Position numbers and translations under genes: made by a program. The notes under the pieces were generated by a model. The model did not search any database. It was not told the DNA's origin and saw only the letters and a program-made list of their open reading frames with translations. A DNA stretch of 64,000 bases, taken from the NCBI RefSeq assembly GCF_016458275.1, contig NZ_JAEMHM010000002.1, positions 1-64,000 of the forward strand, in the 5' to 3' direction. Below are positions 44,055 through 56,009 of this stretch, in pieces (within the stretch, counting starts at the first letter, position 1; every line of letters starts with the position of its first letter). Origin of the DNA: Geomesophilobacter sediminis (GTDB taxonomy: Bacteria > Desulfobacterota > Desulfuromonadia > Geobacterales > Geobacteraceae).

Positions 44055-45014
44055 GTGCCGGAAAGCAATCATCCGGTGCCCCTGAAGGCACAGGCGTTAG
44101 ATGTAGTAAAGGGAAGCGTCGCCACAGCGGCGCTTTTCCTTGCCTTCATCTCGCTGCCGGTGATCGGTCTGATTCCGGGTTTCTGCGTCCCCACTCCGGG
44201 GGTGTACTACTCCCTCAAGAGCGGACGGATGACCGGGATCGCCATCGTCCTCATGACGGTGGCACTGCTGGTTGCCCTGCGCGACCCGGCGGCGCTGATC
44301 ATCTACCTGCTCCAGGCCGGCGTGATGACCCTGACCCTCCCCGAGTTCCTCAAACGTAACAAGGGGGGTGCCCGCTCCATCGTCTACGCGGTGGCGGTCA
44401 ACCTGGCGGTCGTTCTCGTCGTGGCCGCCGCTTTCGGGATGATCACCGGGACCGACCTCCATGCGAAGATCATCAAGGGGGTCAACGCCAGCATCAACCA
44501 GACCGGGCAGGTCTACGAGAAGATGGGGGTGAAAGGGGACGAGCTGAAGGGGCTGCAGGACTCGATGCGCCAGGCCGCTTCCCTGATCGTCACCATCTAT
44601 CCGGCGCTCATCACCGTGGCGCTCGGATGCATCGGCGCGTGGAACGTTTCGCTGGTTTCCCGCATCGCTGCCAGGTTCCGGGTTCCCGTCTACATCGGGG
44701 ATTTCCGGAAGTACCGCAATCCGGAGCCGATGATCTGGCTCCTGATCGTTTCCGGGTTCACGCTGCTGATCCCGCAGACCATGGTCTACCTGACCGCGCT
44801 GAACACGACCGTCATCCTCTGTGCGCTCTACTGCGTGCAGGGATTCGCGATCATCAGCCACTACTTCAGCCGCTACCGGGTCCCGAGGGCGGCGCGGGCC
44901 GTGTTCATCGCGATTATCATGTTGCAGCCGTTTCTCACCCTCGTGGTGGCGGCGCTAGGAATATTCGATCTCTGGGGGAACTTCCGTGCCCCCAGGCAAC
45001 CCAAAAACCTGTAG
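44055..45014 (+). CDS. DUF2232 (YybS-like) membrane protein, conserved between rpsR and rplI
   Basis: Polytopic membrane protein, GTG start; conserved synteny. Confidence 0.75.
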   Translation: MPESNHPVPLKAQALDVVKGSVATAALFLAFISLPVIGLIPGFCVPTPGVYYSLKSGRMTGIAIVLMTVALLVALRDPAALIIYLLQAGVMTLTLPEFLKRNKGGARSIVYAVAVNLAVVLVVAAAFGMITGTDLHAKIIKGVNASINQTGQVYEKMGVKGDELKGLQDSMRQAASLIVTIYPALITVALGCIGAWNVSLVSRIAARFRVPVYIGDFRKYRNPEPMIWLLIVSGFTLLIPQTMVYLTALNTTVILCALYCVQGFAIISHYFSRYRVPRAARAVFIAIIMLQPFLTLVVAALGIFDLWGNFRAPRQPKNL

Positions 45015-45036
45015 CAATCAGGCTAGGAGGCATGTC

Positions 45037-45483
45037 ATGAAAGTCATTCTGAAAGAAAACGTGGAAAACCTCGGTCACATCGGCGACGTCGTCAAGGTCG
45101 CTCCGGGCTACGCCCGCAACTACCTGGTCCCCAAAGGGTTCGCCATCGAGGCTACCGAGAAGAACGCGAAGGCTCTCGAGCACGCCAAGCGTCACCTCGA
45201 GTACAAAAAAGGCAAAGTCCTGGAAGGCGCCAAGCTCCTCGCCGGGAAAATCGAAGCCATCACCCTTACCCTGGCTCATCAGGCCGGCTCCGACGACCGT
45301 CTCTTCGGTTCCGTCACCAACATGGAACTTGCCGAGCAGCTCAAGGAGAAGGGGATCGAAATCGATCGCAAGCGGATCATCCTGGCCGAGCCGGTCAAGC
45401 ACCTGGGCGAGTTCACCGCTACCGTGAAACTCCACCCGGAAGTTGCCGCTACCCTGAAGTTCGCGGTAACCCGCGCCGAGTAA
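45037..45483 (+). CDS. rplI: 50S ribosomal protein L9
   Basis: AGGAGG RBS; MKVILKENVENLGHIGDVVKVAPGYARNYLVPKG. Confidence 0.9.
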   Translation: MKVILKENVENLGHIGDVVKVAPGYARNYLVPKGFAIEATEKNAKALEHAKRHLEYKKGKVLEGAKLLAGKIEAITLTLAHQAGSDDRLFGSVTNMELAEQLKEKGIEIDRKRIILAEPVKHLGEFTATVKLHPEVAATLKFAVTRAE

Positions 45484-45507
45484 TCGGTTTTCCGTAGCAA
45501 ATAAGAA

Positions 45508-45541
45508 GGCCGGCTTCGCAGAGGAGTCCGGCCTTTTTTTC
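45508..45541 (+). terminator. Rho-independent terminator after rplI
   Basis: ggccggcttcgcagaggagtccggcc + ttttttt. Confidence 0.75.
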
Positions 45542-45558
45542 ATTCTTTCGGAGCGGCC

Positions 45559-45939
45559 ATGCAGATCCGCGCCTACCTTAAACAGGAAATCGCCCTCAAA
45601 CAGATCGAGACCGCCCTCGGCATCTTTTTCGCCCAGGGGGACCTCTTCTCCGTCATCACCTTGGCCGCTGCCGCCGAGGAGATCCTCGCCCAGCTCCCGG
45701 GGGGCGGCCCCGCCGGTATCAAGCGGGCCTTCACCTCCATCTTCGAAATCCTCCGCATCAAGCGCAACCGGGATCACGACCGCCACTTCAACTTCGAGGA
45801 CGAGGAACTGGTGCACATGGACCCGTACCAGGATGCCGTGTTCCTGCTCGGCCGCGCCATCGACGAATACCAGCAGGTTTCCGGCACCCTGACCCCGGAC
45901 ATGCTCCGCTTCAACACCAGCGTCCGCACCCCGGAGTAA
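45559..45939 (+). CDS. Hypothetical protein (126 aa)
   Basis: ORF with globular composition following a terminator. Confidence 0.5.
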   Translation: MQIRAYLKQEIALKQIETALGIFFAQGDLFSVITLAAAAEEILAQLPGGGPAGIKRAFTSIFEILRIKRNRDHDRHFNFEDEELVHMDPYQDAVFLLGRAIDEYQQVSGTLTPDMLRFNTSVRTPE

Positions 45940-46185
45940 GGGGCGGGGGGGCGTTCTCTTCGTTTCTTCTGCCAAAAAGGTGGGCGCGCCTTTTCCGGCG
46001 CGATCATCAAAGCTATTTGCGCCCGGATAGGCGCTCCCCCAGGTAATGCTCTCCCCTCGGTGCCGACCGCTCCCACCGTCGCCGTCCCCGCGGTCATATC
46101 ACCCGGAACCCCTTATCATTAATTGACTTTCCCCTCCCTTCACATTATAACCATGGCACAAATTCCCACAGGGTAGGCGGACCAA

Positions 46186-48273
46186 ATGTTCACCACGATC
46201 CGGTCAAAATTACTGCTTTTTTCGGTACTCGGGCTTTGCGCGCTCATGGTCTCGGTCGGGGTCTCCTCCCTGCTGGCCCGAAACGAAATCCGCTCCATCA
46301 TGAAGGCGGATATCTGCGGCACCGCCGACGCCTTGGAAAAGACGCTCGAATACATCGCCGAACGGCATCCGCAAGGGTACAAGGACCCTTCCTTCAAGCG
46401 CTATATCAACAGCGTCAAGATCGGGGAGAGCGGCTACGTCTACCTCCTCGACGAATCCGGCACCCTTATCGTCCATCCTTCCAAGGAGGGGGCGAACCTC
46501 GCCGGGGAGAAGCATATCGATGCCATCCGCTCCCACCGGGGGAACGGGGTCATCGAATACGTCTCCACGACCACCAAGCAGAAGAAGATCGCGGCGTACC
46601 GCTACATCGACCCGTGGGGGGTGTGGGTGGTCCCCGGGGTGAACGAGGCGGACTATTTCGCCCAGCTCAACAAGAGCCTCCTGAAGTGGAACCTTACCTG
46701 CGGCATCGTCATCATGGCGCTCTTTGCGCTGGCGAGTTTCTTCATCATCCGCAGTATCTCCCGGCCGCTGCGTGAAGTGGCCAAAACCGCCAACCGCATC
46801 TCGGTAGGCGCCCTCAACGAGCGGGTGCCGGTGAGCGGGGATGGGGAGATCGCCCTTCTGGCGGACGCCTTCAACAAGATGACCGGCGTCATCGCCAAAA
46901 ACCTGCGCGATGAGGTGGACAAGAGCAGCCGCCTGTTCTCCTCCATCCGGGGTGCCATCACCCACCTTTCCGGTTCGGCGAGCCATCTGATGGCGATCAG
47001 CACCGAGCAGTCTTCCGGATCGGCGCAGCAGGCGAGCGCGGTGCAGGAAGTCTCCACCACCTCGCACGAGATCGCCGTCACCGCCCGCCTGATCATGGAA
47101 AATGCCCAGATCGTCGAGTCGCTGGCCCAGCAAAGCAGCAAGAGCTGCCAGTCCGGTACCAATGACGTGGCCGATGCGGCCGCCGGTGTGGTGCAGCTCA
47201 AATCTCAGGTCCAGGGGATCGCCCGGGCGATGGTGCATCTTGGGGATAACAGCCAGAAGATCGGCGGCATCGTCGAGATCATCGACGAGATCAGTGAGCA
47301 GACCAATCTGCTGGCGCTCAACGCCGCCATCGAGGCGGCCGGTGCCGGTGAATACGGGAAGCGGTTCAACGTCGTCGCCCAGGAAGTCCGGCGCCTGGCG
47401 GAACGGACCGTCGCGGCGACGCGCCAGATCAGCGGTTTGATTGAAGAAATCCAGAAATCGACCAATTCCACCATCATGGTGACCGAAGAAGGAACCAAGG
47501 CTGCCGATTATGCGGCCTCCATGGTGGACAAGGTGCAAAGCTCCTTCGGCACCATCATCGACATGGTGGACAAGACCGCCTGGGCCGCGAAGGAGATCAG
47601 TCTCTCCACGCAGCATCAGACCACCGCCTGCCAGGAGATGGCGGAAACGATGGGCGAGGTGCGTGACGTCGCCCGGCAGGTGGCCTCGGGCGCCCAGGCG
47701 ACCGAACAGGCGGTGGCCGAGCTCAGGGAGTTGACCGGCGATTTGAAGGAGATGATCGAGGAGGAGGTCCGTTCCAAAGGGAAGGCGGACGCCCTCCGGG
47801 GGGCCAAGCTGATGGAGCAGATGCTGACCGAAATGGTGACCAGCGGCGACATCACCCTCGATGAGCTTTTCGACGAGAACTACGAGCCGATCCCCGGTAC
47901 CACGCCGCAGAAGTACCACACCAAGTACGACCGCCTGCTTGACGAACGGATCGTCACCTATGAGGACCAGATCCTGGAGCGGGACAAGAACTGCATCTAC
48001 GCCATCCTGGTCGATCGCAACAGTTACTGCCCGACCCACAACTCCAAGTACCAGCAGGAGCTGACCGGGGACGCGGAGCAGGATCGTGCCGGGAACCGGA
48101 CCAAGCGGTTCTTCGACGATCCGGACGAGATGGCGGCGGCGCGCAATACTTCCGAGCCGCTGCTGATCCAGATCCACCAGCGCGACACCGGGGAGAAGGT
48201 CTGGGCCATCGCCTCGCCGGTGTACGTCCAGGGACGGCACTGGGGGGCGTTCCGGGTAGGGTACGTCCTGTAG
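46186..48273 (+). CDS. Methyl-accepting chemotaxis protein: TM1, periplasmic single-Cache-like sensor, TM2, HAMP, MA signalling domain, and an extra C-terminal ~150-aa Cache-like domain
   Basis: MCP core [41 protein letters not shown]; N-terminal [20 protein letters not shown]; C-terminal ..[18 protein letters not shown]...[26 protein letters not shown]. Confidence 0.85.
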   Translation: MFTTIRSKLLLFSVLGLCALMVSVGVSSLLARNEIRSIMKADICGTADALEKTLEYIAERHPQGYKDPSFKRYINSVKIGESGYVYLLDESGTLIVHPSKEGANLAGEKHIDAIRSHRGNGVIEYVSTTTKQKKIAAYRYIDPWGVWVVPGVNEADYFAQLNKSLLKWNLTCGIVIMALFALASFFIIRSISRPLREVAKTANRISVGALNERVPVSGDGEIALLADAFNKMTGVIAKNLRDEVDKSSRLFSSIRGAITHLSGSASHLMAISTEQSSGSAQQASAVQEVSTTSHEIAVTARLIMENAQIVESLAQQSSKSCQSGTNDVADAAAGVVQLKSQVQGIARAMVHLGDNSQKIGGIVEIIDEISEQTNLLALNAAIEAAGAGEYGKRFNVVAQEVRRLAERTVAATRQISGLIEEIQKSTNSTIMVTEEGTKAADYAASMVDKVQSSFGTIIDMVDKTAWAAKEISLSTQHQTTACQEMAETMGEVRDVARQVASGAQATEQAVAELRELTGDLKEMIEEEVRSKGKADALRGAKLMEQMLTEMVTSGDITLDELFDENYEPIPGTTPQKYHTKYDRLLDERIVTYEDQILERDKNCIYAILVDRNSYCPTHNSKYQQELTGDAEQDRAGNRTKRFFDDPDEMAAARNTSEPLLIQIHQRDTGEKVWAIASPVYVQGRHWGAFRVGYVL

Positions 48274-48467
48274 CAATGAGCAATGAGCGGGTGGCTTGGG
48301 CTTTCTTGCCCCTCCGGGTGCGGGGCGGTGAGGGGGCTATCGTGGCCTCATGTGGGAGCGCCTCTCCCGGCGCGTACGGTCTTTAATCGCGACCGCAATG
48401 TCGCTCCTGCACCGAGCCGCGATTACCTGCGTAGGGGCGCAGCATGCTGCGCCGGTCAGCCCGAAAT

Positions 48468-48506
48468 AAAAAAAGCCCTTTCTCCCGGCGGAGAAAGGGC
48501 TTTTCC
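48468..48506. terminator. Bidirectional rho-independent terminator between convergent genes
   Basis: aaaaaaagccctttctcccggcggagaaagggcttttcc. Confidence 0.7.
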
Positions 48507-48527
48507 TTTGTGGTGCGTAGACCTTAA

Positions 48528-49322
48528 TTAGTGCGAGAACTTCGCCTCTTCGATGATGACGTCGTACTTGTAACCGGCGCCGAAGTCCTTGTTGTTGGCG
48601 AGAACTCCTTTGGCGGTCACCACGTCCCCCTCTTTGGGGGTCTCGGTGGAGGTGATCACGAGTTCGTTGTTTTTCTTCTTCGCCTTGCCGGTGCCGTCCT
48701 GGATATGCACCCAGGCCCGTTTCATGATCCCGGTGGAGACTTTGACCACGGTGCCGCGCACCACGACCGTCTTCTTGTTCAGGCTCTTCCGCTTGGCGAA
48801 CAGTTCGGCCACGGTGTAGGCATTGGCCCCTTTGGCCTTGGTCACCTTGCCGACTTTGGCCGGCTGGTCCTTCCCGCCTTTCTTTGCCGCGGCATCTTCG
48901 TTCTTCTTGATCGCCAGGTTCATCACGTCGGGAGAGACGTTTTTGTGCGATTTCTTGATCGCCTCTTCGCTCATCCCCAGTTCGCGCTTGTCATTTACCA
49001 GACCGGCGCTGAAGTACACCTTGTCGAAGGTCCGCTTGAGGGCTTTGCTGGTGAAATTGGTCATTTCGTAGCCCGGAATGAACGATGCCTGCTGCCCGAC
49101 GGTTACTTTCATCAGCGGTGCGGCGACCCATTTCTTTTCGCCGCCGGCGGAGATCAGCACGTAGGTGTAGCCGCCACCGTCCATCGTCTCGACGACCTTG
49201 CCGGAGAGGGTGGTAGCTTTCGGTTTCGGGGCTGCGGTGTCCGAAGCGGCGCTGGCACTGTGACCGACTGACACCACGGCAAGGCAAGCAATGAAAACAA
49301 CGGCGAGAAACGAACGGGTCAT
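48528..49322 (-). CDS. Secreted hypothetical protein with two OB-fold-like (YgiW/BOF-like) modules
   Basis: Signal peptide; repeats GKVVETMDGGGYTYVLI.. and TVVVRGTVVKV...VHIQDGTG....GDVVTAKGVL. Confidence 0.6.
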   Translation of the reverse strand: MTRSFLAVVFIACLAVVSVGHSASAASDTAAPKPKATTLSGKVVETMDGGGYTYVLISAGGEKKWVAAPLMKVTVGQQASFIPGYEMTNFTSKALKRTFDKVYFSAGLVNDKRELGMSEEAIKKSHKNVSPDVMNLAIKKNEDAAAKKGGKDQPAKVGKVTKAKGANAYTVAELFAKRKSLNKKTVVVRGTVVKVSTGIMKRAWVHIQDGTGKAKKKNNELVITSTETPKEGDVVTAKGVLANNKDFGAGYKYDVIIEEAKFSH

Positions 49323-49607
49323 AAAGGCGACGCTCCTTAAAGAGGACTTGACCGCGGTCTCCGGCAGGCCGGTTTCGGCGGCTACGCCAGACTACTGTCT
49401 TGGCGAGATATTGACAAGCATTTTGTTTTATTTCGGCAGGAAGCAGGACAACTTGAGGGGGAACTCGACCGGCCGGCGCGATCGGAAGAAAAGGGTGGCC
49501 CCCGACCCCGCCCCCCCGCTCTCATCCTTAAGCCATATTCATTGTCATTTCCCCCTCAGCTCATTACTATCTAAAGAAGCAGGTACTGTGTCGGGCTGGA
49601 TTTTGCC

Positions 49608-49636
49608 TTGCCAATGACTGAGTGCTGTGCTATACA
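49608..49636 (+). promoter_or_regulatory. Sigma-70-like promoter for rpsB-tsf (TTGCCA-17-TATACA)
   Basis: Sequence match and spacing. Confidence 0.4.
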
Positions 49637-49742
49637 GATTTGCTGTTTAAAATTCGCACGCCGTCTTCATCCTGCCGGTGGTGCCCACAGTACGTGGGTT
49701 CCGTCAGATCGGGCGGCGGAGGCAAAACCAAAGGAGAAACGC

Positions 49743-50513
49743 ATGTCCAACATCACCATGAAAGAACTGCTGGAAGCCGGCGTCCACTTCGGACACCAGA
49801 CCAAGAGATGGAACCCGAAGATGAAGCCGTACATCTTCGGCGCCCGTAACGGTATCTACATCATCGACCTGCAGAAGACCGTTCGTCTCTTCAAAAGCGC
49901 TTACAGCTTCGTGACTGAGTCGGCCCAGGCCGGCGAGTCCATCCTCTTCGTCGGCACCAAGAAGCAGGCCCAGGATTCGGTTGCCGAAGAGGCACAGCGC
50001 TGCAACATGTTCTACGTCAACGACCGTTGGCTGGGCGGCATGCTCACCAACTTCTCGACCGTCAAGCAGAGCATCGATCGTCTCAAGCGTCTCGATTCCA
50101 TGTTCGCCGACGGCTCCATCGAGGCATACACCAAGAAGGAAGCTCTGAAGCTGGGCAAAGAGCGTGAGAAACTCGAGAAGACCCTGGGCGGCATCAAAGG
50201 GATGGGCAAACTCCCCGGCATGCTGTTCGTCGTCGACCCGAAAAACGAAGAAATCGCCGTTTCCGAAGCCAAGAAGCTCGGTATCCCGGTCGTCGCCATC
50301 GTCGACACCAACTGCGATCCGGACGACATCAACTACGTCATCCCGGGCAACGACGACGCGATCCGCGCCATCCGCCTGCTGACCAGCAAGATGGCCGACG
50401 CGATCCTCGAAGGGGTCCAGGCTCGTCAGGCTCGCCTCCAGACCGGCGCCGAGGAAGAGTTCGCGGCCGGTGAGGAAGCTGTCGTCGAGGAAGAGACTGC
50501 CGGCGAAGCGTAA
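49743..50513 (+). CDS. rpsB: 30S ribosomal protein S2
   Basis: AAAGGAGAAA RBS; [27 protein letters not shown]. Confidence 0.9.
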   Translation: MSNITMKELLEAGVHFGHQTKRWNPKMKPYIFGARNGIYIIDLQKTVRLFKSAYSFVTESAQAGESILFVGTKKQAQDSVAEEAQRCNMFYVNDRWLGGMLTNFSTVKQSIDRLKRLDSMFADGSIEAYTKKEALKLGKEREKLEKTLGGIKGMGKLPGMLFVVDPKNEEIAVSEAKKLGIPVVAIVDTNCDPDDINYVIPGNDDAIRAIRLLTSKMADAILEGVQARQARLQTGAEEEFAAGEEAVVEEETAGEA

Positions 50514-50619
50514 CAACCCGTTCGACGTGCGACGTCGAATTCGGAAAGCTTGCATCTTTCAGTAACAAAAAAATATATGTGGTCCCCGCCTTCGGGCGGG
50601 GGCAACGCGGAGGAATGAC

Positions 50620-51270
50620 GTGAGCGTAACCGCTGCACAGGTAAACGAACTGAGAAAAGCCACTGGTGCCGGCCTTATGGATTGCAAGAAGGCCCTCACC
50701 GAAACCAACGGCGACCACGAAAAAGCGATCGATTACCTTCGTAAGAAGGGCCTTGCCGCTGCTTCCAAAAAAGCAGGCCGTACGGCCAGCGAAGGTCTGG
50801 TCGGCTCCTACATCCACGCCGGCGGCAAAATCGGCGTCCTCGTCGAAGTCAACTGCGAGACCGACTTCGTCGCCAAAAACGAGAACTTCCAGGCTTTCGT
50901 GAAGGACATCGCGATGCACATCGCCGCGGCCAACCCGACCTGCGTCCGTCGCGAAGAAGTCTCGGCCGAGCTCCTCGAGCGCGAGAAGGAAATCTACCGC
51001 GCCAAGGCCAAAGAAAGCGGCAAGCCGGACAACATCGTCGAGAAGATCATCGAAGGCCAGGTCAACAAGTTCTACGGTGACATCTGCCTCCTCGAGCAGG
51101 CTTACGTCAAGGATCCGGACAAGACCGTCCAGACCTACCTGAACGAGACCATCGCCACCATCGGCGAGAACATCAGCATCCGGCGCTTCACCAAGTACGT
51201 CCTCGGTGAGGGGCTGGCCAAGAAGGAATCCGATTTCGCGGCGGAAGTAGCCGCGGCGGTCGGCGCTTAA
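50620..51270 (+). CDS. tsf: Elongation factor Ts
   Basis: GTG start; [19 protein letters not shown]. Confidence 0.9.
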   Translation: MSVTAAQVNELRKATGAGLMDCKKALTETNGDHEKAIDYLRKKGLAAASKKAGRTASEGLVGSYIHAGGKIGVLVEVNCETDFVAKNENFQAFVKDIAMHIAAANPTCVRREEVSAELLEREKEIYRAKAKESGKPDNIVEKIIEGQVNKFYGDICLLEQAYVKDPDKTVQTYLNETIATIGENISIRRFTKYVLGEGLAKKESDFAAEVAAAVGA

Positions 51271-51405
51271 GGCAGTCCCGACAGAGCCGGCCATGCAAAT
51301 GGGCGGCTCTTTTTTTACCCATTTCTCAACCGACAACCTGATACCGGACTCCGCATTCCCAGGCCTTTGGGCAGGCGAGAGACATGGTGCCGCTAACCGA
51401 GCTGA

Positions 51406-52245
<840 letters not shown>

Positions 52246-52246
52246 C

Positions 52247-52804
52247 ATGATCAAAGACGTCATTGCCGACATGAACGTCCGCATGGACAAGAGCGTAGAG
52301 TCGCTGCGCAAGGACTACCAGAAAGTCCGCACCGGGCGTGCCTCGACCTCCCTTCTCGACGAGGTTAAGGTCGACTACTACGGCTCGCTGGGCCCGCTGA
52401 CCAACGTCGCGACCCTCGCCGTGCCGGAGGCCCGCACCATCACCATCCAGCCCTGGGAAGCGAAGATGATCCCGGTGATCGAGAAGGCGATCCTCAACTC
52501 GAACCTCGGGCTCACCCCGAGCAACGACGGCAAGATGATCCGCCTGAATCTCCCGCCGCTGACCGAGGAGCGCCGCAAGGACATCGTGAAGCAGCTCAAG
52601 CGCGAGGCCGAAGAAGCCAAGGTGGCGCTGCGCAACATCCGCCGCGAAGCGATGGACGGACTCAAGAAGCTGGAGAAGGATAAGCAGATCTCCGAAGACG
52701 ATCTGAAGCGCGCCGAGAAAGAGGTCCAGGACTTCACCAACAGCCACACGGCCAAGGTGGACGAGGTCCTCGCGCACAAGGAAAAAGAGGTCATGGAGGT
52801 CTAA
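52247..52804 (+). CDS. frr: Ribosome recycling factor
   Basis: [33 protein letters not shown]. Confidence 0.9.
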   Translation: MIKDVIADMNVRMDKSVESLRKDYQKVRTGRASTSLLDEVKVDYYGSLGPLTNVATLAVPEARTITIQPWEAKMIPVIEKAILNSNLGLTPSNDGKMIRLNLPPLTEERRKDIVKQLKREAEEAKVALRNIRREAMDGLKKLEKDKQISEDDLKRAEKEVQDFTNSHTAKVDEVLAHKEKEVMEV

Positions 52805-52904
52805 GGACCCGATGGTCGGGGGGCGCACGCCCCCCGGTTACCTCTCCGGCGACAGCTCCCGCTGGGTCGCGACCCCCACTTGAAGGGGATTTTTTGTTTT
52901 TAGG

Positions 52905-53651
52905 GTGTTTATGAAAACGTTGCAGCCGGGGAACCTCCCCGTTCACCTTGCCGTTATCATGGACGGCAACGGGCGCTGGGCCAAGAAGAGGATGCTGCGC
53001 CGTATCGTCGGCCACCAGAAGGGTGTGGAGACGGTCCGGGTGATAGTCGAGGAGTGCTCCCGGCTCGGGATCGGCTACCTCACCCTGTTCGCCTTTTCCG
53101 CGGAAAACTGGCTTAGGCCCAAAACCGAGGTGAAGGCGCTGATGGCGCTTCTCAAGCAGTACATCCGGGCCGAAGTCCCGCGGATGATGCAAAACGACAT
53201 CCGCTTCAACGTGATCGGCAACCGGGCCGACCTTCCCGAAGACGTGAACCGGGAGATCGACGCTGCCATAGCAAAGACCTCGGCCAACCGCGGCATGCTC
53301 CTGACCCTTGCCCTTTCCTACGGGGCGCGGCAGGAGATGGTCTCGGCGGTGAAACATCTGGCCGGTGAGGTTGCCGCCGGGCGGCTCGATGCCGAGGCGA
53401 TCGACGAGAACCTGTTCGGCCGGTCGCTTTTTACCGCGGACATTCCGGACCCGGACCTTTTGATCCGGACCAGCGGGGAGATGCGGATCAGCAACTTCCT
53501 GCTCTGGCAGCTTGCCTACACCGAACTCTATTTCACCGACGTCAACTGGCCCGATTTCGACCGCGACGAGCTTGCCAAAGCGTTTCGCAGCTATCATGCC
53601 CGCGAGCGGCGGTTCGGGCGGACCAGCGAACAGCTGAAAAGCGAGTTTTAA
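52905..53651 (+). CDS. uppS: Isoprenyl transferase (undecaprenyl-diphosphate synthase)
   Basis: HLAVIMDGNGRWAKKR; C-terminal ERRFG. Confidence 0.85.
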   Translation: MFMKTLQPGNLPVHLAVIMDGNGRWAKKRMLRRIVGHQKGVETVRVIVEECSRLGIGYLTLFAFSAENWLRPKTEVKALMALLKQYIRAEVPRMMQNDIRFNVIGNRADLPEDVNREIDAAIAKTSANRGMLLTLALSYGARQEMVSAVKHLAGEVAAGRLDAEAIDENLFGRSLFTADIPDPDLLIRTSGEMRISNFLLWQLAYTELYFTDVNWPDFDRDELAKAFRSYHARERRFGRTSEQLKSEF

Positions 53652-53699
53652 ACCCGAACGGCTTCTGGGGGTTCTATCAAACGTCTAGCTACCGCAGCG

Positions 53700-54482
53700 G
53701 TGCTGTTGCCGCTGGTCATCATCTTCATTTTGAAAAGTTCCCCGTTCCAGTTCGCGCTGCTGGTCGCCCTTTTGGCGCTGCTCGGTCTGGACGAGTTCTA
53801 CCGGATGACTCTCCCGGGGCGCCGGGGGGAGGGGTGGCTTGCCGCCATCTGCGGCGCTGCTTCGGTCTTCACCGTCTTCGCTACCAATCCGATCCTGCCG
53901 CTTTTCGCCCTTACCGGATTGGTGCTCCTTTTTACCCTGATCGCGTTGTTCCGCCTCCAGGACATCAAGCAGGCGGCCCCCGACATCGCCCTGGTCCTGA
54001 TGGGTTTTCTCTACGTCCCGCTCCTGCTCTCCCACCTGGTACTGGTCCGAATGCAGCCGCACGGCGTGGCGTGGCTGTTCCTCATCATGGTCATCGTCAT
54101 GGCCGGCGACAGCGCCGCCTACTATGTCGGCTCCACCATCGGCAAGCACCGGATCTATCCGGCAGTCAGCCCGAAAAAAAGCGTGGAAGGCTCGATCGGC
54201 GGCCTGGCCGGCAGCATCATCGGCGCGCTCATCGCCCGGGCTACTTTTTTCCCCGAGCTTGCCATCGCCGATTGCGTGGCGACCGCACTCATCTTCGGGG
54301 TCCTCGGGCAACTGGGCGACCTGTTCGAGTCGCTGATCAAGCGGAGCTGCGGAGTCAAGGATTCCGGGGTGATCTTCCCGGGGCACGGCGGGGTTTTGGA
54401 CCGGCTGGACAGCATCCTGTTTGCCGCTCCGGCGGCTTTTTACTATTCCTGGTTTTTCTTCAAGGGGTGCTGCGGAGGGTAG
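53700..54482 (+). CDS. cdsA: Phosphatidate cytidylyltransferase
   Basis: GTG start; C-terminal CDS signature SLIKRSCGVKDSGVIFPGHGGVLDRLDS. Confidence 0.8.
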   Translation: MLLPLVIIFILKSSPFQFALLVALLALLGLDEFYRMTLPGRRGEGWLAAICGAASVFTVFATNPILPLFALTGLVLLFTLIALFRLQDIKQAAPDIALVLMGFLYVPLLLSHLVLVRMQPHGVAWLFLIMVIVMAGDSAAYYVGSTIGKHRIYPAVSPKKSVEGSIGGLAGSIIGALIARATFFPELAIADCVATALIFGVLGQLGDLFESLIKRSCGVKDSGVIFPGHGGVLDRLDSILFAAPAAFYYSWFFFKGCCGG

Positions 54483-54489
54483 TCTGCCC

Positions 54490-54548
54490 GCACCGGACCG
54501 ATCGGACTGATCGGTCGGATCCGACTGATCGGTCGGATCCTTTCGGCG
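54490..54548. repeat. Tandem/palindromic repeats built from CCGATCGG and CTGATCGGTCGGATC units
   Basis: accgatcggactgatcggtcggatccgactgatcggtcggatcc. Confidence 0.75.
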
Positions 54549-54582
54549 ATGTAAGTGCCATTAAGTTTCACGAGGGTTTTCG

Positions 54583-55737
54583 ATGAAGAAGCTCACCATA
54601 CTTGGTTCCACCGGCTCCATCGGGGTCAGCACGCTTGATGTCGTCGCCGCTCATCGCGACAAGTTCGAGGTCGTGGCCCTGACCGCGGGCTCCAATCTCA
54701 CCCTGCTCAAAAAGCAGATCGAGGCTTTCTCCCCGCAACTGGTCGCGGTGGTCTCCGCTGACGACGCCAAGAAACTGGACCGGATGCTCGCCGGCAAAAA
54801 GCCGCAGATCCTGCACGGTGTGGAAGGGATGATCGCCGCCGCGACCGCCGCCGACACCACCATGGTGGTTGCCGCCATTGTCGGTGCGGCCGGTCTTGCT
54901 CCCACCGCGGCCGCCATCATGGCCGGCAAGGACGTGGCTCTTGCCAACAAGGAGACCCTGGTCACCGCCGGGCACCTGGTCATGGACCTGGTCAAGAAGC
55001 ACGACGTCAACCTCTATCCGGTGGACAGCGAGCACTGCGCGGTGTTCCAGTCCATGGTCGGCCACCGCAACGAGGACGTCGCCCGCGTCATCCTTACCGC
55101 GTCCGGTGGCCCCTTCCTGAAGTGGACCAAGGAGCAGCTTTCCCAGGCGACCATCAAGGACGCGCTCAATCACCCGAACTGGAGCATGGGGAAGAAGATC
55201 ACCATCGATTCCGCCACCATGATGAACAAGGGGCTGGAGGTCATCGAGGCGCGCTGGCTCTTCGACATCGAGGTGGACCGGATCGCGGTCAACATCCATC
55301 CGCAGAGCATCATCCACTCCATGGTCGAGTACGTGGACGGCAGCGTGATGGCGCAGCTTGGCGTGCCCGACATGAAGGGGCCTATCGCCTACGCGCTCAC
55401 CTACCCGCAGCGGGTGCCCAGCGGGGTGAAGCCGCTCGACCTGACGCTTCTTTCCGGGCTGACCTTCTTCAACCCGGACCTGGAGCGCTTCCCGGCACTG
55501 GGGCTTGCCTACCAGGCGGCCAAGGCCGGCGAGAGCATGCCGGCGGTGATGAACGCGGCCAACGAGATCGCGGTCGAGGCCTTCCTGGAAGGGAAGATCT
55601 CTTTCATGACCATCGCCGAGTCGATCGAAAAGACCATGAACCGCCACGTTGCGCACAACCTGACCTCGATCGAGGAGGTGCTGGAGGCGGATCTGTGGGG
55701 CCGCCGGACCGCCCGCGAGGTGTTGGGGATCGCCTAA
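54583..55737 (+). CDS. dxr: 1-deoxy-D-xylulose-5-phosphate reductoisomerase
   Basis: [21 protein letters not shown]. Confidence 0.9.
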   Translation: MKKLTILGSTGSIGVSTLDVVAAHRDKFEVVALTAGSNLTLLKKQIEAFSPQLVAVVSADDAKKLDRMLAGKKPQILHGVEGMIAAATAADTTMVVAAIVGAAGLAPTAAAIMAGKDVALANKETLVTAGHLVMDLVKKHDVNLYPVDSEHCAVFQSMVGHRNEDVARVILTASGGPFLKWTKEQLSQATIKDALNHPNWSMGKKITIDSATMMNKGLEVIEARWLFDIEVDRIAVNIHPQSIIHSMVEYVDGSVMAQLGVPDMKGPIAYALTYPQRVPSGVKPLDLTLLSGLTFFNPDLERFPALGLAYQAAKAGESMPAVMNAANEIAVEAFLEGKISFMTIAESIEKTMNRHVAHNLTSIEEVLEADLWGRRTAREVLGIA

Positions 55738-56009
55738 ACCGATAAACCCGGCCGATCCTTGCGTCCCCGCTCCTTCAAGGGTCGCGTGCGCAAGCACGGC
55801 TTGCGACGGACCGGGTGAGGATGGGGTTCTGGGGGCACTTAACCCCATCCTCCTGACCTCCCCCTTGAAGGGGGAGGGAATATGCCGTGTGGAGCAGTTG
55901 TTGTGCCCGCTGGCAACGTAAGAATGTTAGGTTTCTGCGGCCTGCAGTATAATGAGGCATTCACCCCAACCTATCCTGCCGTCGTTCTTGGCTTCCGGAG
56001 GGGAATTCG

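Noticed and set aside
46210-48276. 688-aa minus-strand ORF antisense to the MCP gene
   Set aside because: Shadow ORF. The plus frame contains the highly conserved MCP signalling-domain signature.
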